64,000 bases of DNA from Coriobacteriia bacterium. Its GTDB lineage: Bacteria; Actinomycetota; Coriobacteriia; Coriobacteriales; UMGS124. Made by a program: the position numbers and the translations under genes. The notes beneath the pieces were generated by a model, which searched no databases, was not told the origin of the DNA, and was given only the letters and a program-made list of their open reading frames with translations. Below are positions 9,444-17,260 of the stretch, in pieces. The stretch lies in the NCBI GenBank assembly GCA_018368455.1, contig JAGZEG010000005.1, positions 104,654-168,653 of the forward strand, in the 5' to 3' direction. Each line of letters opens with the position of its first letter. Within the stretch, counting starts at the first letter, position 1.

Positions 9444-10370
9444 CTAGGATTTATCCTTCGTCTGCTCCCCAAGAAGACGGTCGTACTCGTTGACGAGGTC
9501 GTGCAGGAACGCAGCTCCTGCCTCGGGATCGCTCGTGACGAAGGAATCGAACGGATAGGCGGTTTTGTCGCCATTATAATAAGTCGAGAGGAGCGCTCTG
9601 GGCTCCGAGTCGTCGGCCTCGGGGCTGCCCGGGGCTGCAGGTGCAACGCCTGGATGAGAGGGGAGCACGGCGCTGGTGGCCCGGATGCCGAGGTCTCGCG
9701 CGATGTCTGGTGGCGTTGGCTGGACCTGATCACTGAGCCCGAATTTTAACTCGTCAAATGCATTCAGCTGCCAGACGTTTCCCTCTCTGACTGTTATGGC
9801 TGCCGGATAGTACGAGTTGTGACGGCCCTTCAGGGCCCCGATGTCGAAAGGCGCCGGTCCTAACTTCTTCCCTATGGGCCGGGGATCGCCAGGGAAGAAA
9901 CGGCGCAAGGCCTCGTGGGCGCGCTCCAACTGCGGGGCGTACCGGGCGATGGCCTCCATGACCTGTTCGCCCATCAGAGTATTTCCCGGGGTCCAGCCAA
10001 GGGAGCCATCTGCGTAGCGAAGCACGGGGGTCGGAAGATAGAGATAACTCTGGAGAGAATAGCTGTCCAAATCATCAAGATCATCGAGGGTGGCCTGATC
10101 GATCAAATCCGAAGCCTCGAATCTCATCTCGATGCAGCAGTCTGTTCCTTTGATTGGGGCCTGCAGGAGGAGATCCCCGTGGAGTCCGGTATCTCCTTTT
10201 CCCACGTCGAGATCACACTGCGAGACGTGCCAACCATCGTATTCGCTTTCTCCGAGGCGCGTCTCCAGTTCATCGACCTGTTGCCAGAGCTCTTCAATGT
10301 AGGAATTTACCTCATCGAGGGACTGCCGGATGGTGCTGAGCGCGCTCATTAGCGTCGACATGTATTGCAT
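9444..10370 (-). CDS. Hypothetical 308-aa protein with an N-terminal coiled-coil-like segment
   Basis: ATG 10370 has RBS GAAGGAGGGGG; the upstream extension in the track lacks one. The stop lies 18 nt before the nuclease gene start. N-terminal segment reads LDEVNSYIEELWQQVDELETRL. No motif recognised. Confidence 0.65.
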   Translation of the reverse strand: MQYMSTLMSALSTIRQSLDEVNSYIEELWQQVDELETRLGESEYDGWHVSQCDLDVGKGDTGLHGDLLLQAPIKGTDCCIEMRFEASDLIDQATLDDLDDLDSYSLQSYLYLPTPVLRYADGSLGWTPGNTLMGEQVMEAIARYAPQLERAHEALRRFFPGDPRPIGKKLGPAPFDIGALKGRHNSYYPAAITVREGNVWQLNAFDELKFGLSDQVQPTPPDIARDLGIRATSAVLPSHPGVAPAAPGSPEADDSEPRALLSTYYNGDKTAYPFDSFVTSDPEAGAAFLHDLVNEYDRLLGEQTKDKS

Positions 10371-10676
10371 GGATACCCCCTCCTTCTCTGGTGTGATTAT
10401 CCTCGCTCGTCGGCAGCGGGTGGATGGCTTTCGTATCAAGAAATACGTCTTTGATGACGGCGGCGCCTCTCCGACCGTAGCCTCGTGACGAGGCCTTCTG
10501 ATATGGTGCGGGGCCGCCTACCCACAGCCCCGCGAGTTGGCTGACGGCACCTGGTCGACGCGACCGTGGCCCCAGGAGAGCACTCGCGACGCTCGTGATC
10601 CGCGGCATCCAAACTCGCTCGATAATCGAGTCCAAAATGCCTCGAAAATCGAGTGTGAATTACCTCGAAAATCTAG

Positions 10677-10952
10677 TATGAGCAGATAGTTGATGCTGAC
10701 GGGCTTGAAGTCGACGCCATTATCGAGCTGAGGGATGGGCGTTGGGCGGGCATCGAGATCAAGCTGGGGGAGGAGAAAGTGCCGGATGGCATCGCAAATC
10801 TCAACCGGCTACGCAAGAAGGTCGCCGCGAACCCGGCGGCGCGCAATCCCCGCCCTGAGTTCATGGCCGTGGTGACGGCGACCTCCCCCTTCTGTCGCTA
10901 TGATGCCGAGAATGACGTGTATGTGTTTCCGATTACCGCCCTGAGGGCATAG
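10677..10952 (+). pseudogene. 3' fragment of a DUF4143-type AAA ATPase gene (about the last 90 codons only)
   Basis: An open frame without a start codon reads YEQIVDADGLEVDAIIELRDGRWAGIEIKLGEEKV...VYVFPITALRA*. This matches the C-terminal restriction-endonuclease-like DUF4143 module. An in-frame TAG lies at 10674. Confidence 0.6.
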
Positions 10953-10961
10953 GGGAATCCG

Positions 10962-12404
10962 CTATGCCCTCAGCGAGTCTCTAATCCCTTCCAGGAGCTC
11001 CCCGATCGTTCCCCTTTGGTTACCTGGGCCACCTTTGGGTGCTGTCCCCGGCAGTATGGAGCTCTCGCTGTGGAGGGACAGGTCGAGCATGAAGACTCTA
11101 ACGCGGAGCCCTCTGCCATCCGCCCCATCGCTGACGAACTTCTTCTGCCAGCCCGCCATAAGCCCTTGCGACTTTGGATATACCAGCACGACGTCGCTGA
11201 CCTTGTAGCGCTTGCCATAGGCGTACATCTGATAGAGGTCGTTTCGCGACGGTTGCGGGTTGCTACCGTCTAGCCGCTTCCACTTGGTGTCAAGGACGAC
11301 AGCAGGCTTCGGCTGGCCTCCCGCCTCTCGCTTCAGTATGACGATGTCAGGCGTCATCCTGATCCCGGCCCCGTCGCCTTCTTTTTTGTCGAAGAGATCC
11401 CGGACGGGCCCCTGTGTGCGGATCTCGATTGCCGACCCGTCGAGCGCCCCATTTTGCAAGGCCCGCCTCATGAGGTAGGGCACGTAGTCCTCGAAGACGC
11501 GCTCCATCGGGAAGAGTAGGGCTTCGCTGACTGTGGGGCCACTGAAAGCGGTGAATGAGCTACCCTCCAGGAAGATGCGCGCCCACTCAAGGGCCTGAGC
11601 GTAGTCGTCGAGGTTGCGATCTCGAACGCAGAGTGACGCCGCCTTGCGCCAGTCGGGCGTATCGTCCACGCCATCGAACATCGCCAGGAGCCTGCGGATA
11701 CGCGTGCGGTTCTCGGAGCTCGTGCTCCTGTTGAGCAGCCGTGCGAGCGCCGCCTTGATGACGCGGTTCTCCGGGCGGTTGAGCCCAAACACGGCGTGGC
11801 GCACGAAACACCGCGACCGGTCGATGGGATTGGCCCGCAGGTCTTGCGCCACGAGGAGCCGACCGCGCAGAAAGCGCTCGTTAGAATCGCGCGGGGTGTA
11901 CCCGGAGCGCAGGCCGCGCTGGGCGAGTCGTTCGACCTCCTCGACGAACATGCGGATGAACAGCTCGTAGAGCGGCATGCGATGGGAGAACAGCGACGAG
12001 CGCCCCAAGTGCTTGAACGAGGTGCCGCGCAGAGCTGCGAGCATGCGGATGAAGGCCTCTTTCGTTTGCTCGAGGCCGTCGCTTGAAGGGCGCTCGTTGC
12101 TGGCGGTTTCCAGGTCGAGCCCCGCTATCTTTGGCAGAATCTCGACGGTGAATCCGTTCTTTGTGGTGAGGACGCCCACGTAATTGCGCGCTTGGATCGA
12201 GCGCTGGCGTTCTGCCATGCCCAGGCGCATGATCTCGATGGGGTCCTCCGAGTCGACGTCTCGCTCTGCCGCTCGAAGGATGAAGTCATAGAGCTGGTTG
12301 AAGGCGTCTTCTTCCATGGACGTGCAGCCAGGACTCGGGCTGTCCTGGCTGCCGTCACTTACGAGCTTGTCGAACTCGCGGATTTGAATGAGGTTGCGAG
12401 GCAT
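10962..12404 (-). CDS. mcrC: McrC-family nuclease subunit (system 2)
   Basis: MPRNLIQIREFD... N-terminus and C-terminal core TPDIVILK...VVLDTKWK...LYQMYAY. ATG 12404 lies 1 nt after the mcrB stop (TAAcATG). The 141-aa upstream extension in the track overlaps mcrB and is rejected. Confidence 0.85.
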   Translation of the reverse strand: MPRNLIQIREFDKLVSDGSQDSPSPGCTSMEEDAFNQLYDFILRAAERDVDSEDPIEIMRLGMAERQRSIQARNYVGVLTTKNGFTVEILPKIAGLDLETASNERPSSDGLEQTKEAFIRMLAALRGTSFKHLGRSSLFSHRMPLYELFIRMFVEEVERLAQRGLRSGYTPRDSNERFLRGRLLVAQDLRANPIDRSRCFVRHAVFGLNRPENRVIKAALARLLNRSTSSENRTRIRRLLAMFDGVDDTPDWRKAASLCVRDRNLDDYAQALEWARIFLEGSSFTAFSGPTVSEALLFPMERVFEDYVPYLMRRALQNGALDGSAIEIRTQGPVRDLFDKKEGDGAGIRMTPDIVILKREAGGQPKPAVVLDTKWKRLDGSNPQPSRNDLYQMYAYGKRYKVSDVVLVYPKSQGLMAGWQKKFVSDGADGRGLRVRVFMLDLSLHSESSILPGTAPKGGPGNQRGTIGELLEGIRDSLRA

Positions 12405-12405
12405 G

Positions 12406-14670
12406 TTATGCGTCCGCATCCTCGTCGCTGGCTTGGTTGCTCTCGTCGGCGGCTGCCTCGGGCTGGCGAGACCTATAGGGACCGAAGCTCTCGTAGATGC
12501 GCCGGAAGTCGCTTGCGGACCACGCATTGCCGTCCGTCCTGTCGATGACCTCGAAGCGCGCTCCGACGGTATCTGCCATGTTGTCGAGAATTCCGAGGTC
12601 GATCCCGAGGGACTCGCTCTCGTCATCTCCGATCTTGTGCACGAACTTCCCGTCCCTGTCGTTGAGTACGGCGCGGATGAGGTCGTAGTCCTCAAAGAAA
12701 TAGTCCTGCAGCAGCGGGATGATCTTGCCTGCGAACGCCTGCCTGATGTCGCCGAGCGAGGCGACCTTCCAGAATAGGGAGTGGCCGAGCACGTGGTCGC
12801 GGTCGAGCAGCGCCTCGATGCGCGCATTCATTGCCTGGAGCATCCAGGGGACATCGACGCCATCGACAATGCCTTCGTTTCCGAGATGGTTGCGCAGGGC
12901 GTCATAGTCTGGGCCGACCTCCTCGAACGAGAAGCGCCGCCTGAACGCCGCGTCGAGCTTGGTGAGCGAACGGTCGGCCGTGTTCATCGTCGCGATGATG
13001 TGGACGTTGCCCGGGATGCCCCACCTCTGCTTGGAGTAGGGGAGCAGGACCGTGCGCTCGTCTTCGCCACCGAGCCGCTTGTCTTCTTCGAGCAGCGTAA
13101 TAAGCTCGCCAAAGATGGCCGCCACATTTCCGCGATTCAGCTCGTCGATGATGAACACGTAGGCGTCGCTGGGGTGGTTGGCGGCTTTTTCACAGAAGGA
13201 TTTGAAGACGCCGTCTTCTACTGCGTACGCGAGTGAATGGCTGTCGTCCGGGCTGGTACGTTCCCCGTCCGTAAGAACGGGGCGAATGCCTTCGACGAAG
13301 TCCTCATACGAGAACGATTGGTGGAACGACACAAAGCCGATGCGGCCTTCATCTTCGAGAGCTTTGTAGCGATCGGAAATCTCATCCCAGTCATCGGGCA
13401 CGTCGCTGCCGATGATGCCGACGGCACGCCGTTTCGTTTGATACGTCTTTCCCGTCCCCGGCGCACCGAAAAGGACGGTGTTCAATGCAACGCTCGCATT
13501 GTTCTGGCGCATAGGCCGATCGATGACACTTGACTCTGGAGCGAGCCCTCCTCCTAGCTCATTCTGGATATGGAAAAACTGCTGCTCACTAATCTCGTCA
13601 AGAGTTATCCCTCGTCGGCCGAGATTGCCCATCGTTGAAACCTGAGAGTCATCCTTCAAGGTATTGAAAGGTACGGGATTGTTGAAATTTGCCAATCGCC
13701 TAAAATATAACGCGGATCCATCATACGGTTTGGTGGCTTGTAATACGGAACAGGCTGCCTTAATAGGCGTTGCCATATATGCAATAAAATAGTCACCTGT
13801 ATTTATATGCTTAAAACAATCTATTTTTTTCAGGCTTTTTCCATTTTGTCTTTTGGTGTGAAAAATCATTTCCTCGTCAGTGGGGGACTGGCGGGGATCC
13901 CATTCTCTCGGGGAGAGGTTCAGGAACATATAACGAGGTGCGGAAGATACGTTGTTGCCGTCTTGCCTGGCGGCAGCATAAGCCCGCTCCGAGAGGTGGG
14001 GGATGTCGTCCTCAGCTAGTTTGTTTGACAAAAGAGCTTCTTGAATGCGATCTAGAGCATCAAGATACCGAGCGCCGCTGGATGAACTCCACTCGATATC
14101 AGGTATCAATGTTCTGAGCGGGCCGTACTCTTTGAGATTTCTATCAAGAGGAGGAAAAAAGTCGGGGCAAATATAGAACAAGCATTGCGGGAGATTGCTG
14201 TCCGCTACGCCCTTTATTTCAAGTGCGCGATCGTAATCTTTGTAAAAAGAATTCTTTTCTGAATCACCCTGGTTTTTACTCAGTCTCCGGGCAGACTTGA
14301 AAAGTTGCCAGAGGGCAGGGACGCTTTCCTCCTGGGAATCTGCATCTGCGAAGAGCCACCACGCATTGGCTGTGGGGAATCCGGGATAGGCGGATGGAAT
14401 GTCTCCAGAAAGATTAAGTCTTGATTTTAGCTCTAGTAGTATACTTCTTCTTGTTCTATCATTATACCTAAATATCTGAATATAAAAAGAGAACGGATCC
14501 ATGAGCGAAGGAAATAAACCGTTGTTTGTTTTTGGCCTCGCAGAGTCGGGGACAATGTTCGTCTTTATCTGTTCAAGTAATTCGATTAGCTTATCACTGC
14601 AGAATTCAAATTGAGTTAGTGATTCATTAATACTGCTAATTATATGGTAATTATGGTAATCAGGGCTCAT
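12406..14670 (-). CDS. mcrB: Long McrB-family AAA+ GTPase (system 2, 754 aa) with a ~400-aa N-terminal sensor region that includes an EVE/PUA-like module
   Basis: FGAPGTGKTY, VSFHQSFSYEDFVEGIRP, FIIDELNRGNVAAIFGELITLLE, and NVHIIATMNTADRSLTKLDAAFRRRFSFEEV. EVE-like stretch at ~13555-13941: YMFLNLSPREW...TGDYFIAYMATPIKAACSVLQAT...NPVPFNTLKD...ITLDEISEQQF. ATG 14670 has RBS GGGAGGGTGG. Confidence 0.9.
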   Translation of the reverse strand: MSPDYHNYHIISSINESLTQFEFCSDKLIELLEQIKTNIVPDSARPKTNNGLFPSLMDPFSFYIQIFRYNDRTRRSILLELKSRLNLSGDIPSAYPGFPTANAWWLFADADSQEESVPALWQLFKSARRLSKNQGDSEKNSFYKDYDRALEIKGVADSNLPQCLFYICPDFFPPLDRNLKEYGPLRTLIPDIEWSSSSGARYLDALDRIQEALLSNKLAEDDIPHLSERAYAAARQDGNNVSSAPRYMFLNLSPREWDPRQSPTDEEMIFHTKRQNGKSLKKIDCFKHINTGDYFIAYMATPIKAACSVLQATKPYDGSALYFRRLANFNNPVPFNTLKDDSQVSTMGNLGRRGITLDEISEQQFFHIQNELGGGLAPESSVIDRPMRQNNASVALNTVLFGAPGTGKTYQTKRRAVGIIGSDVPDDWDEISDRYKALEDEGRIGFVSFHQSFSYEDFVEGIRPVLTDGERTSPDDSHSLAYAVEDGVFKSFCEKAANHPSDAYVFIIDELNRGNVAAIFGELITLLEEDKRLGGEDERTVLLPYSKQRWGIPGNVHIIATMNTADRSLTKLDAAFRRRFSFEEVGPDYDALRNHLGNEGIVDGVDVPWMLQAMNARIEALLDRDHVLGHSLFWKVASLGDIRQAFAGKIIPLLQDYFFEDYDLIRAVLNDRDGKFVHKIGDDESESLGIDLGILDNMADTVGARFEVIDRTDGNAWSASDFRRIYESFGPYRSRQPEAAADESNQASDEDADA

Positions 14671-14704
14671 TTGATGCCACCCTCCCGGGCTATTAAAAAT
14701 ACTC

Positions 14705-14989
14705 CTACAGCCTATGCTGGTACGGATTGCCGGTAACCCAACCGGTGTCGTAGTTGTCGGTTGTAAAGCAAACTTTGAGATCAGCGTCGTACTGGCTGTC
14801 GACCCAGCACACGGTGGATGTGGGGCTGTCGTACTGGCTGTCGACGTAGTACCAGCGTTCGTCCCCGTTTGCGTCGCACTGATCATTGGTGACGAACGCT
14901 TTGAGGTCGGCCTGATACCGGTCGTCCGTAACAAACACCTTAATGGCGTTGCTGTCGTACTGATTGTCCGTGACCCAGATGCGTGCCAT
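14705..14989 (-). CDS. 94-aa internally repetitive protein. It resembles the DUF6150 / 7(1)-septoil-knot small-protein family as I recall it.
   Basis: RBS GAGGAGG 6 nt before the ATG. Four degenerate repeats: VTDNQYDSNAIKVF / VTDDRYQADLKAF / VDSQYDSPTSTVC / VDSQYDADLKVC, ending in TGW. It lies 34 nt upstream of mcrB system 2 on the same strand. Confidence 0.7.
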   Translation of the reverse strand: MARIWVTDNQYDSNAIKVFVTDDRYQADLKAFVTNDQCDANGDERWYYVDSQYDSPTSTVCWVDSQYDADLKVCFTTDNYDTGWVTGNPYQHRL

Positions 14990-15078
14990 TCTCAGCCTCC
15001 TCTGTGGGCCAATACCTTAGAAAAGCGAAGCAAGAACTGAGTTTGAGTTTAGCCGTATGCAAGGAAGGCCAAATAGTC

Positions 15079-15088
15079 GGGGGGGGGG
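15079..15088. repeat. G10 homopolymer (C10 on the operon strand)
   Basis: Ten consecutive G, 90-99 nt upstream of the 14989 ATG. An AT-rich TTAAT-N6-ATTAA palindrome is adjacent. Confidence 0.95.
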
Positions 15089-15324
15089 TTAATTATTACA
15101 TTAATATCGTTGTTCACGCATGAGTGTTGACCAGGCGAGTGCTCTTCCTTCCTGGGAGTAATTTGAGGCAGGCTTGCATCGAGGACCACCCCTTCCGTAT
15201 CGCATCAATTTTTACGTTGACCCTTCACATCGTCTCCAAATGCGTCATGATAGGGGCACGATGTTTCGCGAGGCTCTTCCCGGGCTCTGGGCAGACGTCT
15301 CGCCTGGCAGAAAGGGAGCGTGCC

Positions 15325-15633
15325 ATGGGAAAGAAGGCTCAAGATCCGATCGTGCTCGAGGGCGAGGCTCTGGCTGGCCACCTGCGTGCAGACCACGCGG
15401 TGTACATGGATTATGCGGGCGCCTCGTACTACCTCACCGACGTCAACGATCACTTCTGGCGCGTCCAGGACACGGCCGAGCTCAACGACAAGGGCCACTT
15501 CGTTGACGCGTCCGAGCCCGTCGCCACGCTGGCGGAGTTCCTCGACATGCCGTTGCCGGTCCTCGGCGACAAGTCCATCGCCGATGTCCAGGCCGACGCG
15601 ACGTTCTACGCTTCCGAGAAGCCCGAAGCGTAG
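15325..15633 (+). CDS. Hypothetical 102-aa protein
   Basis: ATG 15325 has RBS AAGGGAG. GC3-rich codon usage. Followed by a strong terminator. Confidence 0.6.
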   Translation: MGKKAQDPIVLEGEALAGHLRADHAVYMDYAGASYYLTDVNDHFWRVQDTAELNDKGHFVDASEPVATLAEFLDMPLPVLGDKSIADVQADATFYASEKPEA

Positions 15634-15663
15634 CCTGTCCTGACTGCTGCTCTGTTCTTTGGC

Positions 15664-15702
15664 GCGCGGTGCCGCCCAAACGGGTGGCGCCGCGCGTTTT
15701 TT
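15664..15702 (+). terminator. Rho-independent terminator
   Basis: gcgcggtgccgccc / gggtggcgccgcgc gives a 14-bp stem with two G:U pairs, loop AAAC, then a TTTTTT run. Confidence 0.7.
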
Positions 15703-15742
15703 GTGCGCCTGCCACTCGTAGTCTGGCATCCCGTGGGGTCTG

Positions 15743-15885
15743 TGGCCAAAAGTGGCATGCTTTGCGAGTCGCTATCTCGATACACGGCGCCTGATCCGAA
15801 GCGGGGTGCTCGTTCGGGCAGGTGGGAGCTGCTCGGACCGCGACCACGCAGGCTGCGGACTCGCAAAGCGGCATAGTTTTGGCCA
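15743..15885. repeat. Imperfect inverted repeat (28-nt arms, 87-nt spacer) at the island/core junction
   Basis: tggccaaaagtggcatgctttgcgagtc (15743-15770) pairs with gactcgcaaagcggcatagttttggcca (15858-15885), with about 6 mismatches. Confidence 0.6.
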
Positions 15886-16070
15886 TCGGGCGGTCTTTGG
15901 GCTGGGCTATATTTCCTCGTGGCGCACTATCATCCATCCAACTGCATATTCAGCTCAAAAGAAGCAAAACTACGCATCCAAGCCAAATCCGGCGCCAGTC
16001 CCAGAGCGCTACCCACCCCCGCGTCCCGTATGGAGGTCTTTCACTTCCTGCCGACTCGAGAGATTTCTCG

Positions 16071-16100
16071 TTGACAGCCCTCCGGGTACGCCCCTACAAT
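16071..16100 (+). promoter_or_regulatory. Sigma-70-like promoter of rplM-rpsI
   Basis: TTGACA (16071-16076), 18-nt spacer, TACAAT (16095-16100), ~80 nt upstream of the rplM start. Confidence 0.55.
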
Positions 16101-16179
16101 CCAAAGGTTCACTTTCGCAGAGCCCCGTGAAACCTCTGTATTGGTGACAACTGTTCGTATTGAGTTGGAGGAGTTTTAC

Positions 16180-16617
16180 GTGAAGACCACGTACTACGCT
16201 AAGCCCGGCGAGGTTAAGCGCGAGTGGGTGCTCATCGACGCCGAGGGCAAGGTCCTTGGTCGTCTGGCTGCCCAGATCGCCTCGATCCTGCGCGGCAAGA
16301 ACAAGCCTCAGTTCACGCCCCACATCGACACCGGCGACTTCGTGATCGTTGTCAACGCTGACAAGATCCGCGTCACTGGCAACAAGGCGGAGGACAAGGC
16401 CTGGTACTCCTACAGCGGTTACCCGGGCGGCCTCAAGAAGGAGACCTACCGGCAGGCCATGGAGAAGCACCCCGAGCGCATCCTCGAGCGCGCCGTCAAG
16501 GGCATGCTCCCCAAGACGACGCTCGGCCGTGCCCAGTTCACCAAGCTCAAGGTGTACGCCGGCCCGGACCATCCCCACATGGCCCAGAATCCCCGCAAGA
16601 TCGACCTGGAGGCGTAA
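16180..16617 (+). CDS. rplM: 50S ribosomal protein L13
   Basis: [29 protein letters not shown]...[19 protein letters not shown] 16180 lies 6 nt after GGAGGAG. Confidence 0.95.
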   Translation: MKTTYYAKPGEVKREWVLIDAEGKVLGRLAAQIASILRGKNKPQFTPHIDTGDFVIVVNADKIRVTGNKAEDKAWYSYSGYPGGLKKETYRQAMEKHPERILERAVKGMLPKTTLGRAQFTKLKVYAGPDHPHMAQNPRKIDLEA

Positions 16618-16620
16618 CCC

Positions 16621-17019
<399 letters not shown>

Positions 17020-17260
17020 GGCTTTCTCGCTCTACCTTTGTGCTATCGACGGGATCTTCGCTCTGTGCGGGGGTCCCGTCTTTTCGTTTCCGGGGTGCCT
17101 TCGCCTGGTGGCAGTCGACCCATCGAGGGCCGCCGGGCGAAGACGCCCGCCCAGTCCGGGGAAGAATGGCGGCACGCCCCCGCGGGGGCGCACAACCGTG
17201 ATCGCCTGCGCGCGTCCGAACGCCGGTCACAGGACCCTCCCCGCGTCGAAGGAGGTTGCT

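Noticed and set aside
12405-12827. N-terminal 141-aa extension of McrC (track start 12827), and likewise the 88-aa extension of McrB (track start 14934).
   Set aside because: The extensions overlap the upstream gene in another frame, are Ser/Thr/Arg-rich, and lack an RBS. The internal ATGs at 12404 and 14670 have the proper context (a stop-start junction and GGGAGG, respectively).
15124-15324. Upstream 67-codon extension of the 15325 gene.
   Set aside because: It has no RBS at 15124 and crosses the AT-rich promoter region shared with the divergent operon. ATG 15325 has AAGGGAG.
5238-16140. tRNA gene, integrase or transposase that would define the island as a classical genomic island.
   Set aside because: I found no tRNA-like T-arm/acceptor pattern and no integrase or transposase motifs on either strand. 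The borders therefore remain undefined. tRNAscan or Aragorn would be the decisive check.
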